Source of the DNA: Myxococcales bacterium | GTDB lineage: Bacteria; Myxococcota_A; Polyangia; Polyangiales; Polyangiaceae | Direction of reading: 5' to 3' | Assembly (NCBI GenBank): GCA_043747615.1 | Contig: JAYTOU010000005.1 | Location: forward strand, 24,911-88,910 | Length of the DNA stretch: 64,000 bases | In this document: positions 8,620-18,393 of the stretch, in pieces | Position numbering within the stretch: the first letter of the stretch is position 1 | Layout: each line of letters starts with the position of its first letter | The notes under the pieces: model-generated | Told to the model about the DNA's origin: nothing | Seen by the model: the letters and a program-made list of their open reading frames with translations, nothing else | The model's database searches: none | Position numbers and translations under genes: made by a program

Positions 8620-9593
8620 GTGACGCGCGGGAAGCACATTGCCGTCGGGTGCGCGCTACCGCTCGCCGCGTTCTACATCGGTGGATGTTCTGGGGGCTCG
8701 ACGGGCAACCACGGGAGCCCGCCGTCGGACGGGGGCCTGGATACGCGCCCGAGAGTCGAGGCGGGGACGCCCGAGGAAGCGGGTCCAGATCCCGACGCGG
8801 GACCCGTCTTCGGACCGGACGGATGGATAAGGGACGACAGCTTCGATCCCACGTGCGGCTTTTACGTTCCACCGTCGAAGGACAAGCTTCCTCCGCCGAT
8901 CGCCTGGGGGCGTCACGCTGCAAGTCACGCGCTTCACCGGGTCGGTTGGTTATCGGCTGGTCGCCGAGGCCGACGGGCCCGCCCACCAAGCCGTGTTGGA
9001 GACGACCAAACATTGCACGCTCACGCGGAGCAGCTTTATTCGTGGGCCGACGGATCGCTGATCCAAAGCGTCTCGTTGGGTCCTTCGGATCCGGGGCAAG
9101 TGGGAGAGTATTCGTACCAGGGAGACGCGCTCTTCCTCACGGCAAGCAACGCGTACTACGCGAGGATCAAGATTTTCACGCCCGCCAACGGCATGCGCGA
9201 TTTCATTTCGTGTGGAAACGTGATCTCGAAGAGCGCGGCCGACTTCGCTACGGACGGCGTCAACATGGCGTGGATCGAAGCGAGCGGTCGGTCTACGTCC
9301 ACCGATCCCTGGACGGCACTCACCATCATGACCGCGCCCTACACGACGGACCCAAGCACCATTGTGAAGCGCCAGCTTCGCTCCGAAGACATCGGCTATT
9401 TCGCTACCGCAGAATTCACCGTGCGACTCGCCGACGGGGCGTCGTGAAGCTGACCGACACAGCGCGGTGGAATTGGTACGAACCGGCGGCCGTGACGTGC
9501 TCGGAGCTCTTCGTCAACATCGTCGGGCCCAAGGTATTCAACATCGCCCGCGTCCGCCTCGATTCGCTCGGGCCGGGCATCCCGCCAGACTGA
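8620..9593 (+). pseudogene. Fragmented myxobacterial-type lipoprotein of unknown function
   Basis: Lipobox IGGC and linker in frame A to about 8905. Frame C about 8910-9025 reads GVTLQVTRFTGSVGYRLVAEADGPAHQAVLET. Frame A resumes to VRLADGAS*, and frame B finishes KLTDTARWNW...ARVRLDSLGPGIPPD*. One added G at 9446 restores SWKL. Confidence 0.65.
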
Positions 9594-9611
9594 CACACGG
9601 AGAGAAGAACA

Positions 9612-10760
9612 ATGACGCAAGGCAGCGAGCTCAAAGTCAATCTGCACCAGCTTCTCAAGGCGATGATCGAGAAGGGTGCAAGCGACATGCACATCACGAC
9701 AGGGGCGCCGCCGCTCCTGCGCATCGACGGAGCCATCGTCCCCTTGAAGCTGCCCCCGCTCAGCCCGGTGGACACGAAGCAGCTGTGCTACTCGATTCTG
9801 ACCGAGGAGCAGAAGATCCAATTCGAGAAGACGAACGAGCTCGATTTGTCGTTCGGCGTGAAGAGCCTCTCGCGCTTCCGAGCCAACATTTTCACCCAGC
9901 GCGGCGCGTGCGCAGGCGCGTTCCGGACGATCCCCTTCAAGATTCTGAGCTTCGAGGAGCTGGGGCTTCCGCAGATCATCGCCGACCTCGCCAAGAAGCC
10001 GAGCGGGCTCGTTCTGGTGACCGGCCCAACGGGCTCCGGGAAGTCGACGACGCTCGCTTCGATGATCGACAAGATCAACGCCGAAGAGCGCCTGCACATC
10101 ATGACGGTGGAAGATCCCATCGAGTACCTCCACCCGCACAAGCTCTCTGTCGTCAATCAACGCGAGGTGGGGACGGACACAGAAGGCTTCAAAATAGCCC
10201 TCAAGTACATCCTCCGGCAGGATCCCGACGTTGTCCTCGTCGGCGAAATGCGAGATCTCGAGACGATCGAAGCCGCGCTCACCATCAGCGAGACGGGTCA
10301 CCTCGTCTTCGCCACGCTCCACACGAACAGCGCCGTCTCCACGATCAACCGCATCATCGACGTCTTCCCGCCGCATCAGCAGCAGCAGGTGCGAGCGAAG
10401 CTCTCGTTCGTCTTGCAAGGCGTCGTGAGCCAGCAGCTGATGCCGCGTCTGGGTGCTCCGGGGCGATGCATGGCGATGGAAATCATGCTGCCGAATCCGG
10501 CCATCCGAAACCTGATCCGCGAAGACAAGGTGCATCAGATTTACAGCCAGATGCAGGTCGGTCAGGAAAAGTTTGGAATGCAAACCCTCAATCAGTCGCT
10601 CTACTCGCTCTACGCGCGAAGAATGATCTCGCTCGAAGAGGCAATGGGTCGCGCCATCGAGGTCGACGAGCTCAAGATGATGATCGAGGGTCGACCAGGT
10701 TTGGCAGGGCCCGGTGGTCTCGGCGGCGCGCCTGGGCAACCCGGCCAGCGACCTCGCTGA
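9612..10760 (+). CDS. pilT: Type IV pilus retraction ATPase PilT
   Basis: GASDMH, RFRANIF, GPTGSGKSTT, EDPIEY, QREVG, LRQDPD, TLHT and the PilT hallmark AIRNLIRE; RBS GGAGAG upstream. Confidence 0.96.
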   Translation: MTQGSELKVNLHQLLKAMIEKGASDMHITTGAPPLLRIDGAIVPLKLPPLSPVDTKQLCYSILTEEQKIQFEKTNELDLSFGVKSLSRFRANIFTQRGACAGAFRTIPFKILSFEELGLPQIIADLAKKPSGLVLVTGPTGSGKSTTLASMIDKINAEERLHIMTVEDPIEYLHPHKLSVVNQREVGTDTEGFKIALKYILRQDPDVVLVGEMRDLETIEAALTISETGHLVFATLHTNSAVSTINRIIDVFPPHQQQQVRAKLSFVLQGVVSQQLMPRLGAPGRCMAMEIMLPNPAIRNLIREDKVHQIYSQMQVGQEKFGMQTLNQSLYSLYARRMISLEEAMGRAIEVDELKMMIEGRPGLAGPGGLGGAPGQPGQRPR

Positions 10761-10779
10761 GCGTACGTTTCAGCGAACT

Positions 10780-13599
10780 TCAGCGACGGCGCGCGACCGG
10801 CACGAGGCCGTACGGCACGCCGGCCGCTGCAAGATCGGGGTTCGCCATTCCCTGATCGATGAGGGCTTTCACCGCTTCGTATCCGCGGCGGCGATCCCTC
10901 ATGGCGCCGAGCGCCGAGGCCGCGAGCATGCGCTGCGGAAGGGGAGCGGTCACGGGCGGCGGATCGATCGATGCCGTCTTGCCGAGCGCTTCGCCGGCCT
11001 TGCCGTTCGAGGCGTTGGCGTACGCGCTGAGCCAGGTGACCATCGGGCCGAGCAGCGCCGAGTACTTCGCGAGGAGAGGGCCGACCTCGCCCGCCTTGCC
11101 GCGCGCGACGAGGACGTAGACCCGCTCGGTGACGGTGCGAAATGTGGCAGACCCGCCCGTGATGGCGCTCGCGCTGAAGGCTTCGGCGTCGTCCAAGCGC
11201 TTCTCGTATCGAGCGAGGCGCGAGAGCCGGAGCGCTGGAAGAGGCTTCTTTTCCACGGCCTTCCAGGTGCTCGCGATCTTGTTCGCGCCGTCGAGATCGC
11301 CGGTGTCGAGCGCGTAGTCCATGGCGATGAGATCGGCCCAGGGCGCATCGTCTTCGGCGAGCGCAGAGAGCTTGCCCGTCGCGATCCTCGCCTTGCCCGC
11401 GAGGACCTCCTGAGAAAGAGAGAGAGGCGCGAGGGCGGGCTGCTTTCGCGCGGCATCGCCCACGGCATCCAGTGCGCGTCCGAGGCCGTCGGCGTCGGCG
11501 CGCTCGTAGCTGGCCGCGGCGCGCACGATGGCTACGTCGGTCGAGCTCGGGTCGAGCTCCTCGGTGGCCTTGATCGCCTCATCGAGGCGGTCACCAAGCA
11601 GGGCCACGCGCGCGGCGAGCATGCGCGCCGGCGGGTAGACCGCGGAGAACGACACCGCGATGAGCGCGGCCTTTCGCGCGAGCTGCTCGTCCTCGGCCTG
11701 GATGGCGATGCTGCCGAGCCACGCGGCTACCCCCGGACCATCGGCGACGAGGAGGCCTTTCCGTACGTCTGACTTGGCCTGTTCGAGCGAGCGCTTGTCG
11801 AGCGCGCGCACCGCGCCGATGGCGTACGGGACGACCGCGAGAGAGAGCGGGAGCTCGGCGGCGCGCGTCATGACGTCGTTGGCTTCGGGCGGCGCTTGGT
11901 CGGTGCGGGAGGGATCGCGCGCCCAGGCCAGGGCAACCAGGGCCACGCCTTCCGCGCGATCCGGGTACTTTACACGGAATTGTTTCGCCAATTCCGCGGC
12001 ACTTTGGGGGTCTCCGTCGATCGCCATGCTCCGCACGAGCGCGCTGTGAGCGACGACGAGATCGGGATCCAGCCGCGTCGCTGCGGCGTACCGATCGATC
12101 GCGCGCCCGTCTCCGGCACGCTCGAGGGTGGCCCCCGCGAGCAGCTGGTACCAGGGATCCTTCGCCGCCGGTCCGTCGAAGCGCGCGAGCAGCGCGGCCG
12201 CTCCAACGGTGTCTCCGTTGAAGAGAAAAGATGCGACCTGCGCGAAGGCGAGGTTGTCCTCGCGCAAGCCGACCTCGCGGGCCCGCGTCGTCCCGTCCTC
12301 GAAGGCTACGTCGGCGCCTCCTTTGAGAATGCCGACGAGCGCGCGTTCACGCACCCAGTCGATGGCAGCGCGCGGCGAGCGCGAGTCGAGCTCGAAGACT
12401 CTATTGAAGTTCTTCTCGATCTCCGGAAGGCTCGAGGCCTTGCCCGCGTGGAGATCAACCTCGATCGTCTTGAGGATCCCCTCGGCGACGACGTGCTGCT
12501 CCATGCGCTTCTCGCGGATCTTGTAGAAGAGCGCAAAGCTCCCGAGAGCAAAAGCCACGGTGAGGAACGCCAAGAACGCCGAGCCGCGTCGACTGATTTT
12601 TTCGACGGGCTTGTCCCACTTGAAGACCGTCGAGCCGCTTGCGCCGGGTGGTTCGAACACGCCGGCCAAGGTGAGCGCGTCGAGGATGTCACGTGGGTGC
12701 GCGATCGTCGCGGTCGGCGCCGCGCCGTTCATGGTGCGCGGCACTGAAACCGGGGGCCTTCGCACGAGGGGGCTGCTGTCGCCGCTGGCCACGCCCGCGG
12801 GCTCTTCGAGGTCGAAGGTAACCGAGTCCTCGTGAGGCGCGTAGGTGGGAGGCGCCGGCCGTGCGAGCGAGGCAGTGTCGTCGTCCTTCAAAAATTTCGA
12901 CGGGGTCGTCACCGGGGGGAAACCCACCGCGCCAAGGTTCTCGCCCGTGGCCGGGCCGGCGATCGGACGCATCGCTGTCACGGAGTCTTCGGTCGTGCTC
13001 CCGGCGACCGGGGGAGGGCGATGGGTTGTAGGCACGCTGCGAATTCCTTCGGGCACGTTTTTTACGAGCGTCGTGCTGTCGCTGAACGATTCCAGAGGCG
13101 CGCGTACGGCGGGCACGTCGGCCGGCGCGGTGCGAGCCACCTCGGACGCTACGGCGCGGCTCCCGGCCTTCGCCTGCATCGGCTTGAAGACCTTGGCGCG
13201 ATCGAGCCACAAGCGAGTCTCGGGATCCCCCGCACCGAATTGCATCGCGCGCTCGAGCACTTTTTCTGCGCGGTCGGCGTCCCCGCGGCGAAGAAGCACC
13301 TCACCGAGGATCCGGTAGACCAAGGCGTCGCGCGGCGCGAGCTTCCCGGCACTCACGAGCAGGCTCTGCGCATCCGACAGGCGATGGGCGCTCATGTACA
13401 TGCGCGAGACGGCGACGAGCACCGGTACGCTGCCCGCGTGTTTCTCTTTCGCGAACTCCCCGACCTGCTGGATCAGCGTGGCGTATGTTGGCCCGCGAAC
13501 GGCATCGCACAAGGCAACTGTCGCCTGGGGATCGGGGTTTCGCTTCCACGCGCGTGAAAGCTCGTCAATCGCGTCAATCGCGTCAATCGCGTCGCTCAT
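10780..13599 (-). CDS. Large membrane-anchored TPR-repeat protein
   Basis: N-terminal TPR (LGEVLLRRGDADRAEKVLERA), Pro-rich linker, TM helix (AFLAFLTVAFALGSFALFY), Ala-rich helical repeats. Confidence 0.75.
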   Translation of the reverse strand: MSDAIDAIDAIDELSRAWKRNPDPQATVALCDAVRGPTYATLIQQVGEFAKEKHAGSVPVLVAVSRMYMSAHRLSDAQSLLVSAGKLAPRDALVYRILGEVLLRRGDADRAEKVLERAMQFGAGDPETRLWLDRAKVFKPMQAKAGSRAVASEVARTAPADVPAVRAPLESFSDSTTLVKNVPEGIRSVPTTHRPPPVAGSTTEDSVTAMRPIAGPATGENLGAVGFPPVTTPSKFLKDDDTASLARPAPPTYAPHEDSVTFDLEEPAGVASGDSSPLVRRPPVSVPRTMNGAAPTATIAHPRDILDALTLAGVFEPPGASGSTVFKWDKPVEKISRRGSAFLAFLTVAFALGSFALFYKIREKRMEQHVVAEGILKTIEVDLHAGKASSLPEIEKNFNRVFELDSRSPRAAIDWVRERALVGILKGGADVAFEDGTTRAREVGLREDNLAFAQVASFLFNGDTVGAAALLARFDGPAAKDPWYQLLAGATLERAGDGRAIDRYAAATRLDPDLVVAHSALVRSMAIDGDPQSAAELAKQFRVKYPDRAEGVALVALAWARDPSRTDQAPPEANDVMTRAAELPLSLAVVPYAIGAVRALDKRSLEQAKSDVRKGLLVADGPGVAAWLGSIAIQAEDEQLARKAALIAVSFSAVYPPARMLAARVALLGDRLDEAIKATEELDPSSTDVAIVRAAASYERADADGLGRALDAVGDAARKQPALAPLSLSQEVLAGKARIATGKLSALAEDDAPWADLIAMDYALDTGDLDGANKIASTWKAVEKKPLPALRLSRLARYEKRLDDAEAFSASAITGGSATFRTVTERVYVLVARGKAGEVGPLLAKYSALLGPMVTWLSAYANASNGKAGEALGKTASIDPPPVTAPLPQRMLAASALGAMRDRRRGYEAVKALIDQGMANPDLAAAGVPYGLVPVARRR
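13563..13593. repeat. 9-bp tandem repeat (CGTCAATCG x3 plus partial) encoding DAI-DAI-DAI
   Basis: cgtcaatcg cgtcaatcg cgtcaatcg cgtc directly visible. Confidence 0.9.
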
Positions 13600-13647
13600 G
13601 GTCGCTGCGACTGCGTAGGTTAGTGCATCACGCGGCGAGTTCGTAGC

Positions 13648-14484
13648 CTATTCACGAGCGAGTGGACGGACGAGAGGGGACGGGACCCATGCGTCGAGAG
13701 TGCCCCAGCGGATCTGCGTCCATGCCGTATTGGAGCTCATGATCTGCACGCGGGCCGCTTCAGGGAGAAGCCCCAGGTTCGGGAGCGCGACCCCCCGCGC
13801 ATCGGACGGTCGGGCCGCCGCGCTGACAAGCACGCCTTCGCGGCGGTGGAGGCGTGCGTCACGCGCCGAGAGCGTGAGCAGGATCGAGGCGACGAGGAGC
13901 GGAGAAGCGACTGCTACGGCAATGACGCCGCCAATTTTTATCCGGCGCGCGTGCGGACGGGCGAGCCAGATCACGAAGAGGCCCACGCCGAGGACCAGCG
14001 ACATCGCAGCGGAGAGAAACGCCCACGTGTTCTCGACGACGAGGTGCACGATGGAATCGCCGAGAGAGTCATTTTGCTCGAGCTCGACTGAGCTCCCCGC
14101 GCGCGCCCGTCGCCGCGCTACCTCGGCGCGAATCGTCGTCAGCGCGGCCGACGCATCGTCGATCATCTTCGCGTCGCGGGTGAGGGCACGCGCCTCTTCG
14201 AACCCATGAGCGGCGCGTCCGAGATCTCCGGGCTGCTCCCCACCGATGCGCACGCGCTGCGCATAGGCCAGGCCACGGTCGAAGCTCATCGCCGCGTCGA
14301 GGATGCCACGATCGGCGAGCGCTTCCAGGTCGGCGATGGCGTCGGCGGGTCGTCCCCCAGCGAGGGCTTGAGTCGCGTCCGCGAAGAGTGCGCCCGGTTC
14401 GTCGGCGCGCGATGGCGACACGCTGACGGCCACCAGGAGCACCACGCCCACCATGTGACGAGCAGAGATCACGCGCGGCATCAC
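13648..14484 (-). CDS. BatE-like protein (signal peptide, TPR, two TM helices, C-terminal SH3-like domain)
   Basis: GTG overlaps the batD stop (GTGA); LPEAARVQI....WTQIRW....WV SH3-like tail; last gene of the Bat block. Confidence 0.7.
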   Translation of the reverse strand: MMPRVISARHMVGVVLLVAVSVSPSRADEPGALFADATQALAGGRPADAIADLEALADRGILDAAMSFDRGLAYAQRVRIGGEQPGDLGRAAHGFEEARALTRDAKMIDDASAALTTIRAEVARRRARAGSSVELEQNDSLGDSIVHLVVENTWAFLSAAMSLVLGVGLFVIWLARPHARRIKIGGVIAVAVASPLLVASILLTLSARDARLHRREGVLVSAAARPSDARGVALPNLGLLPEAARVQIMSSNTAWTQIRWGTLDAWVPSPLVRPLARE

Positions 14485-16358
14485 GCGCCTTCGTCCGTCG
14501 TGAAGGGAGCGATCTTCAGCTCGGAAATGCGCTTCTTCGCGCTCTTCCATCGGCCACGCGCGTCTTCGATCGCGCCCGCGGTGGGGGAGAAGCGCGCCTT
14601 CTCGCACGCGTCGAGGATGCTCCCGATCTCTACCGCGACCTCACGCGGCACGCCTTGCGCTTCCAGGCGTGCGCCCACTTCAGCGCCTGCGATGGCGCGC
14701 ACGTTCGTCTTGGCGCGCGTGATCGCCGCACACTCGATGGCCCGGGCGATGGCGGCGTCGGCGGCGCGAGTGTCGTCTTTTTTGCAAGCCGCATCGGCGT
14801 CGTCCATCCGTTGCCGAAGTTCTTTTTCGGGCGACGTCTTTCGCGAACGGGCTGACTCTTTGAGACGCCTCTGCGCGGCACGCCCCCCCGCCGCGAACGC
14901 GAACGCGAGCGGCGAAGCCGCAAGTGACAGCCAAAAAAGCGGGTGATCCGACAAGTGCGACCGGCCTCCGTCGGCCCCGGCGAGGGCGGTGCGCGCGGCG
15001 GGCAAGCCTGGGAGCGGATCGAGATCCGGTCCGGCATCGGCCTCTTCGTTTTTCCCCGGCGTGACCTTGACGACGCCGAGGAGGGCGCGGGCGACCGCGT
15101 AGGCGTGTGCATCGGGGTCCCAAAACGCAATCGCAAGCTCGCCGAGATCCACCTCGCCTGCGCGACTGAGCTTGGCGACGAAATTGAAAGTGCGTCTCCC
15201 GCCGAATCTGTTTCCATCGATAGCGCCGACTTTGTCGTGGGTCTCGGGCGTGAGCCATTCGACGCCTCGCCGCGGCGGAGGGACGATCGCCGACGGAAGA
15301 TTTCCGGTGCCCGCCAGCTCGACATCCATCGCCACTCCCTCGCCTCGTTCCACTTCGCGCGGAGCCACGGTGGCGGAGAGACGAAAGTGACCCACGTCGC
15401 CGACCACGTAGCCCGGGGGGCGCCCGGCGAGTGGAGGCTCGGTGACGTGCACATGGAGCTGCTCGCTCTCGCGTCTGCCCGCGGGGCCCGACGAGCCCAC
15501 GACCGCGAGCGTCATCGGCTCGATGGCCAAATCTCCCGTTTTCAGCGGGAAAAGAGCCCATTTTCGCACGAGCTTCACGCTCCAAATGCGGTCAGCCACG
15601 CGCGCGTGACCGACCGATCGCGGGTTGCTCTCGTCTTCGAGGAGAGACTGCTTCACGAAATCGCTGACCGTCGCTTCATGCACGTCGTTGAAGTCTGGCT
15701 CGCGGTCGTCGGAGTCGACGTAGATGTACACGTAGAAGGTGACCTGCTCGCCTACCACCGCGGCGGTCTTGTCGACGAGGCCATGAAGGAACGCGCCCCT
15801 GCCGCGCGCCGTGTCGAGGGCGAGCTTGGGATCGGCGGTGACGAGCGGACGGAGATCGAAGAGGTCGTCGCCCCCGCCGAGCTGACCGAGCTGCCCAAAA
15901 ATTCCCGCCCACGGATCGAGCGGTGCTTGCGGTTGCCGCGAAGGGCGCGCTTGCCCCGCAGGCACGACGGTCATCGTGATGGCGCTCGCCGCGTAGCGCG
16001 TGCCGCCGATAAGCACGCTCGGGGTGACCGTGGTCTGACCGAGCTTCGTAGCTACGAGGTTCCACGTCGCGCTGATGCCGACCTTGTCGGAGCGGACACC
16101 GTTGATGATGGACACGGTGCGGCTCGGTTGAACGCTCAAGCCTTGCACGGTGAAGTTCGAACGCACGCCCGGCTGGGCGCTCGACGGGCTCTCGCTCGCA
16201 GACGAGGCCTGCAGATGGAGCTGGGTCGACTCGCCGAGACCCACCACCTGCGCGTCGACCCAGGCCTTCATCTCGGAGGGCGCGGCGAGCGCACGCGTAG
16301 TGGACGTCAGCACGGCGAGCAGCACCAAACAGCCCAAAATCCAGGTGAGCAGCCTCAC
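14481..16358 (-). CDS. batD: BatD family protein
   Basis: Signal peptide, SRTVSIING, VVGEQV...Y, ALFPLKTGDL.I.P, VGDVG.F, GTGNL, FWDP...Y; position in Bat operon. Confidence 0.85.
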   Translation of the reverse strand: MRLLTWILGCLVLLAVLTSTTRALAAPSEMKAWVDAQVVGLGESTQLHLQASSASESPSSAQPGVRSNFTVQGLSVQPSRTVSIINGVRSDKVGISATWNLVATKLGQTTVTPSVLIGGTRYAASAITMTVVPAGQARPSRQPQAPLDPWAGIFGQLGQLGGGDDLFDLRPLVTADPKLALDTARGRGAFLHGLVDKTAAVVGEQVTFYVYIYVDSDDREPDFNDVHEATVSDFVKQSLLEDESNPRSVGHARVADRIWSVKLVRKWALFPLKTGDLAIEPMTLAVVGSSGPAGRRESEQLHVHVTEPPLAGRPPGYVVGDVGHFRLSATVAPREVERGEGVAMDVELAGTGNLPSAIVPPPRRGVEWLTPETHDKVGAIDGNRFGGRRTFNFVAKLSRAGEVDLGELAIAFWDPDAHAYAVARALLGVVKVTPGKNEEADAGPDLDPLPGLPAARTALAGADGGRSHLSDHPLFWLSLAASPLAFAFAAGGRAAQRRLKESARSRKTSPEKELRQRMDDADAACKKDDTRAADAAIARAIECAAITRAKTNVRAIAGAEVGARLEAQGVPREVAVEIGSILDACEKARFSPTAGAIEDARGRWKSAKKRISELKIAPFTTDEGA

Positions 16359-17278
16359 TTGTCGGCCATGCCTCGAACGCGATGCTGGGACGCAGCCTTG
16401 CGCGCTGCCTCCTGCTGAACGGTGGGGGCCGCGCCGAGTTGATCGAGAATGCGATCGTCTTGGCTCGCGGTCGACGGCGGCGGCGGCGCGGCGTCTGGCG
16501 TTTCCTTGGGCGGGGGAGGGGCACCAGAATCTTTCTGATCCGAGGCGTCGCTCTTTCCGGAATCCCCACCGCCGTCGCCCTTGCCAGAGTCACCGCCGCT
16601 GTCACTGCCGCCCTCGCCTCCGCCGTCACTCGGCGCGTCGCTCGCCGCGTCGTTTCCGGAGTCGGGCTTCCCGGCGTCCTTCTGCTCCTCGATCCGGCGA
16701 AGGGCGATGGCGCGGTTCCAGGCCGCATCGCGCCCTACGGCGTCTCCCGCGTCGTGCTGCCCGGGAATGATGCGCAGGCCGGAATCATAGGCTTTCACGG
16801 CGTCTTCGTAGTGCTGTCCGAGGAACTGGAGATTGCCTTCGAGGTAACGGGCGCGGGCGCGGAGATCGAGCGGCGTGTTTTCGTCCTCGGCCACGGCGCG
16901 GGTGAGGCGAAGGGCACAGTCGATCTGAGCGGTTCGCTGCAAGGTCTGTCCGTCGGCGGCTGCGTCGGCTTGCTCGTCACCAAAGCGTCTGCCGAAGGCT
17001 TCGCCGACCTTGAAGAGGGACAGACCGAGATCGAAGGCTCCGTTCGGGAGCCGGTGCACCGAGCCCGGCGCTCCGATGTTCCCTTCCGCGCACGGGCCCG
17101 TCGACAAATAGGCTTCGAGGGTCGACGCCGCCTGGGTGGCATCACCGGCGTCGAGCGCGCTGATGGCCTCGTTCACGGCGGGCGAGTCGTGATCGAAGGG
17201 GTGAGAAGGATCCCACGTGCACGCCGCAATGAGAAGCGCCGCACACCCCGTTAAAATGACCGTTCTATGCGGGCGCAC
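16355..17278 (-). CDS. BatC-like TPR lipoprotein with low-complexity acidic/Gly linker
   Basis: Lipobox IAAC, TPR (YLEGNLQFLGQHYEDAVKAYDSGL), DAAWNRAIAL, DRILDQL tail; overlaps both neighbours. Confidence 0.7.
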   Translation of the reverse strand: MRPHRTVILTGCAALLIAACTWDPSHPFDHDSPAVNEAISALDAGDATQAASTLEAYLSTGPCAEGNIGAPGSVHRLPNGAFDLGLSLFKVGEAFGRRFGDEQADAAADGQTLQRTAQIDCALRLTRAVAEDENTPLDLRARARYLEGNLQFLGQHYEDAVKAYDSGLRIIPGQHDAGDAVGRDAAWNRAIALRRIEEQKDAGKPDSGNDAASDAPSDGGGEGGSDSGGDSGKGDGGGDSGKSDASDQKDSGAPPPPKETPDAAPPPPSTASQDDRILDQLGAAPTVQQEAARKAASQHRVRGMADK

Positions 17279-18368
17279 GACGCAGCCCTTTCTTCGCGCG
17301 AGGCGCGACGGGAACCACGATCAGCTTCTTGCGCGCTGGCGCGTCGCCAATCGCGGCCTCGAGCGCGAGGAGAAGAAGAGCGATCCCGAGCGGCCACGCG
17401 TACTCCTCGGCGTAGACCGTCTCTACTTTCTCGGAGAGCTCTTCGTGCATCATCTTGGAGAGATCGCGCGCCACTTTTTCGATGCCCGTCTCGCCGTGCT
17501 CCGAGCGGACGATCGTGCCGTGGGTGACCGAGGCGATGCTCGCGAGCTGCGCTTCGCCTTCCGCCGAGAGCTCCGTCGTCAGAGGCTTTCCGTCCTCGCC
17601 GCGGCGGCTCCCGACGACCTTGCCCTCGGCGTTCACTTCCGGAATCAGCTCCGGCGCGCGCCCCCCGATTTGTACGACGTCGATGCGCGTCCCTTCTTTC
17701 GCACATTCCTGAGCAACGCTCGCGGGATCCCCTTCGAGGTCTTCTCCGTCGGTGACGAGCATTATGATCTTCACGTGCTCCTTCGACTTCGGATCTTTTC
17801 CGAACATCTCGCGCGCGCGCTCGAGGGCGCGAGCCGTCGCCGTTCCCCCCACCGGCATGTCATTCGGCTCCAACTGCCGGAAAAACTGGGCGATCGCCGC
17901 TCCATCGCTGGTGAGCGGAAAGCTCATTGGCTCACCCGCAAAGGCCACCGCCGCGAAGCGTGCTCCGGGGAGCCCCTGAATCAAACGCGCCACCTCCGCC
18001 TTCGCCCGCGCGATGCGGCTCGGCAGGACGTCCCGCGCGTACATGCTCTTCGAGTAGTCGAGCACGATCACGATATCGAGGTTGGTGGCAGGAATGAGGC
18101 GCGTGCCCCGGCCGAACTGGGGCCTGGCGAGCGCTCCAAACGCAAGGGCCATCGCGAGGACGAGGAGGACGCCCTTGGTGGCGCGCCGTCCGGTGGCATC
18201 GAAGCTCGACAGAGCGCCAACCAAGGCCGGATCTCCGAAGCGCGTCTCCGCACGCACTCGCGCAAAGGAGGACAGAATGAGGGTGGTCGCGAAAATGAGC
18301 AGCGTGCCCACGCACGCGATGACGACGAGGATCGCGGGGAAGGCGAAGAGATCGTAGGCGAACTTCAT
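17265..18368 (-). CDS. batB: BatB-like vWA domain membrane protein
   Basis: ALARPQFG, MIDAS DYSKSM, P.RI.RAK, FAG...PLTSD, GGT, LVTDGED. Confidence 0.85.
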   Translation of the reverse strand: MKFAYDLFAFPAILVVIACVGTLLIFATTLILSSFARVRAETRFGDPALVGALSSFDATGRRATKGVLLVLAMALAFGALARPQFGRGTRLIPATNLDIVIVLDYSKSMYARDVLPSRIARAKAEVARLIQGLPGARFAAVAFAGEPMSFPLTSDGAAIAQFFRQLEPNDMPVGGTATARALERAREMFGKDPKSKEHVKIIMLVTDGEDLEGDPASVAQECAKEGTRIDVVQIGGRAPELIPEVNAEGKVVGSRRGEDGKPLTTELSAEGEAQLASIASVTHGTIVRSEHGETGIEKVARDLSKMMHEELSEKVETVYAEEYAWPLGIALLLLALEAAIGDAPARKKLIVVPVAPRAKKGLRRAPA

Positions 18369-18393
18369 AGCTGCCACCGGCGTTCGGGAGACG

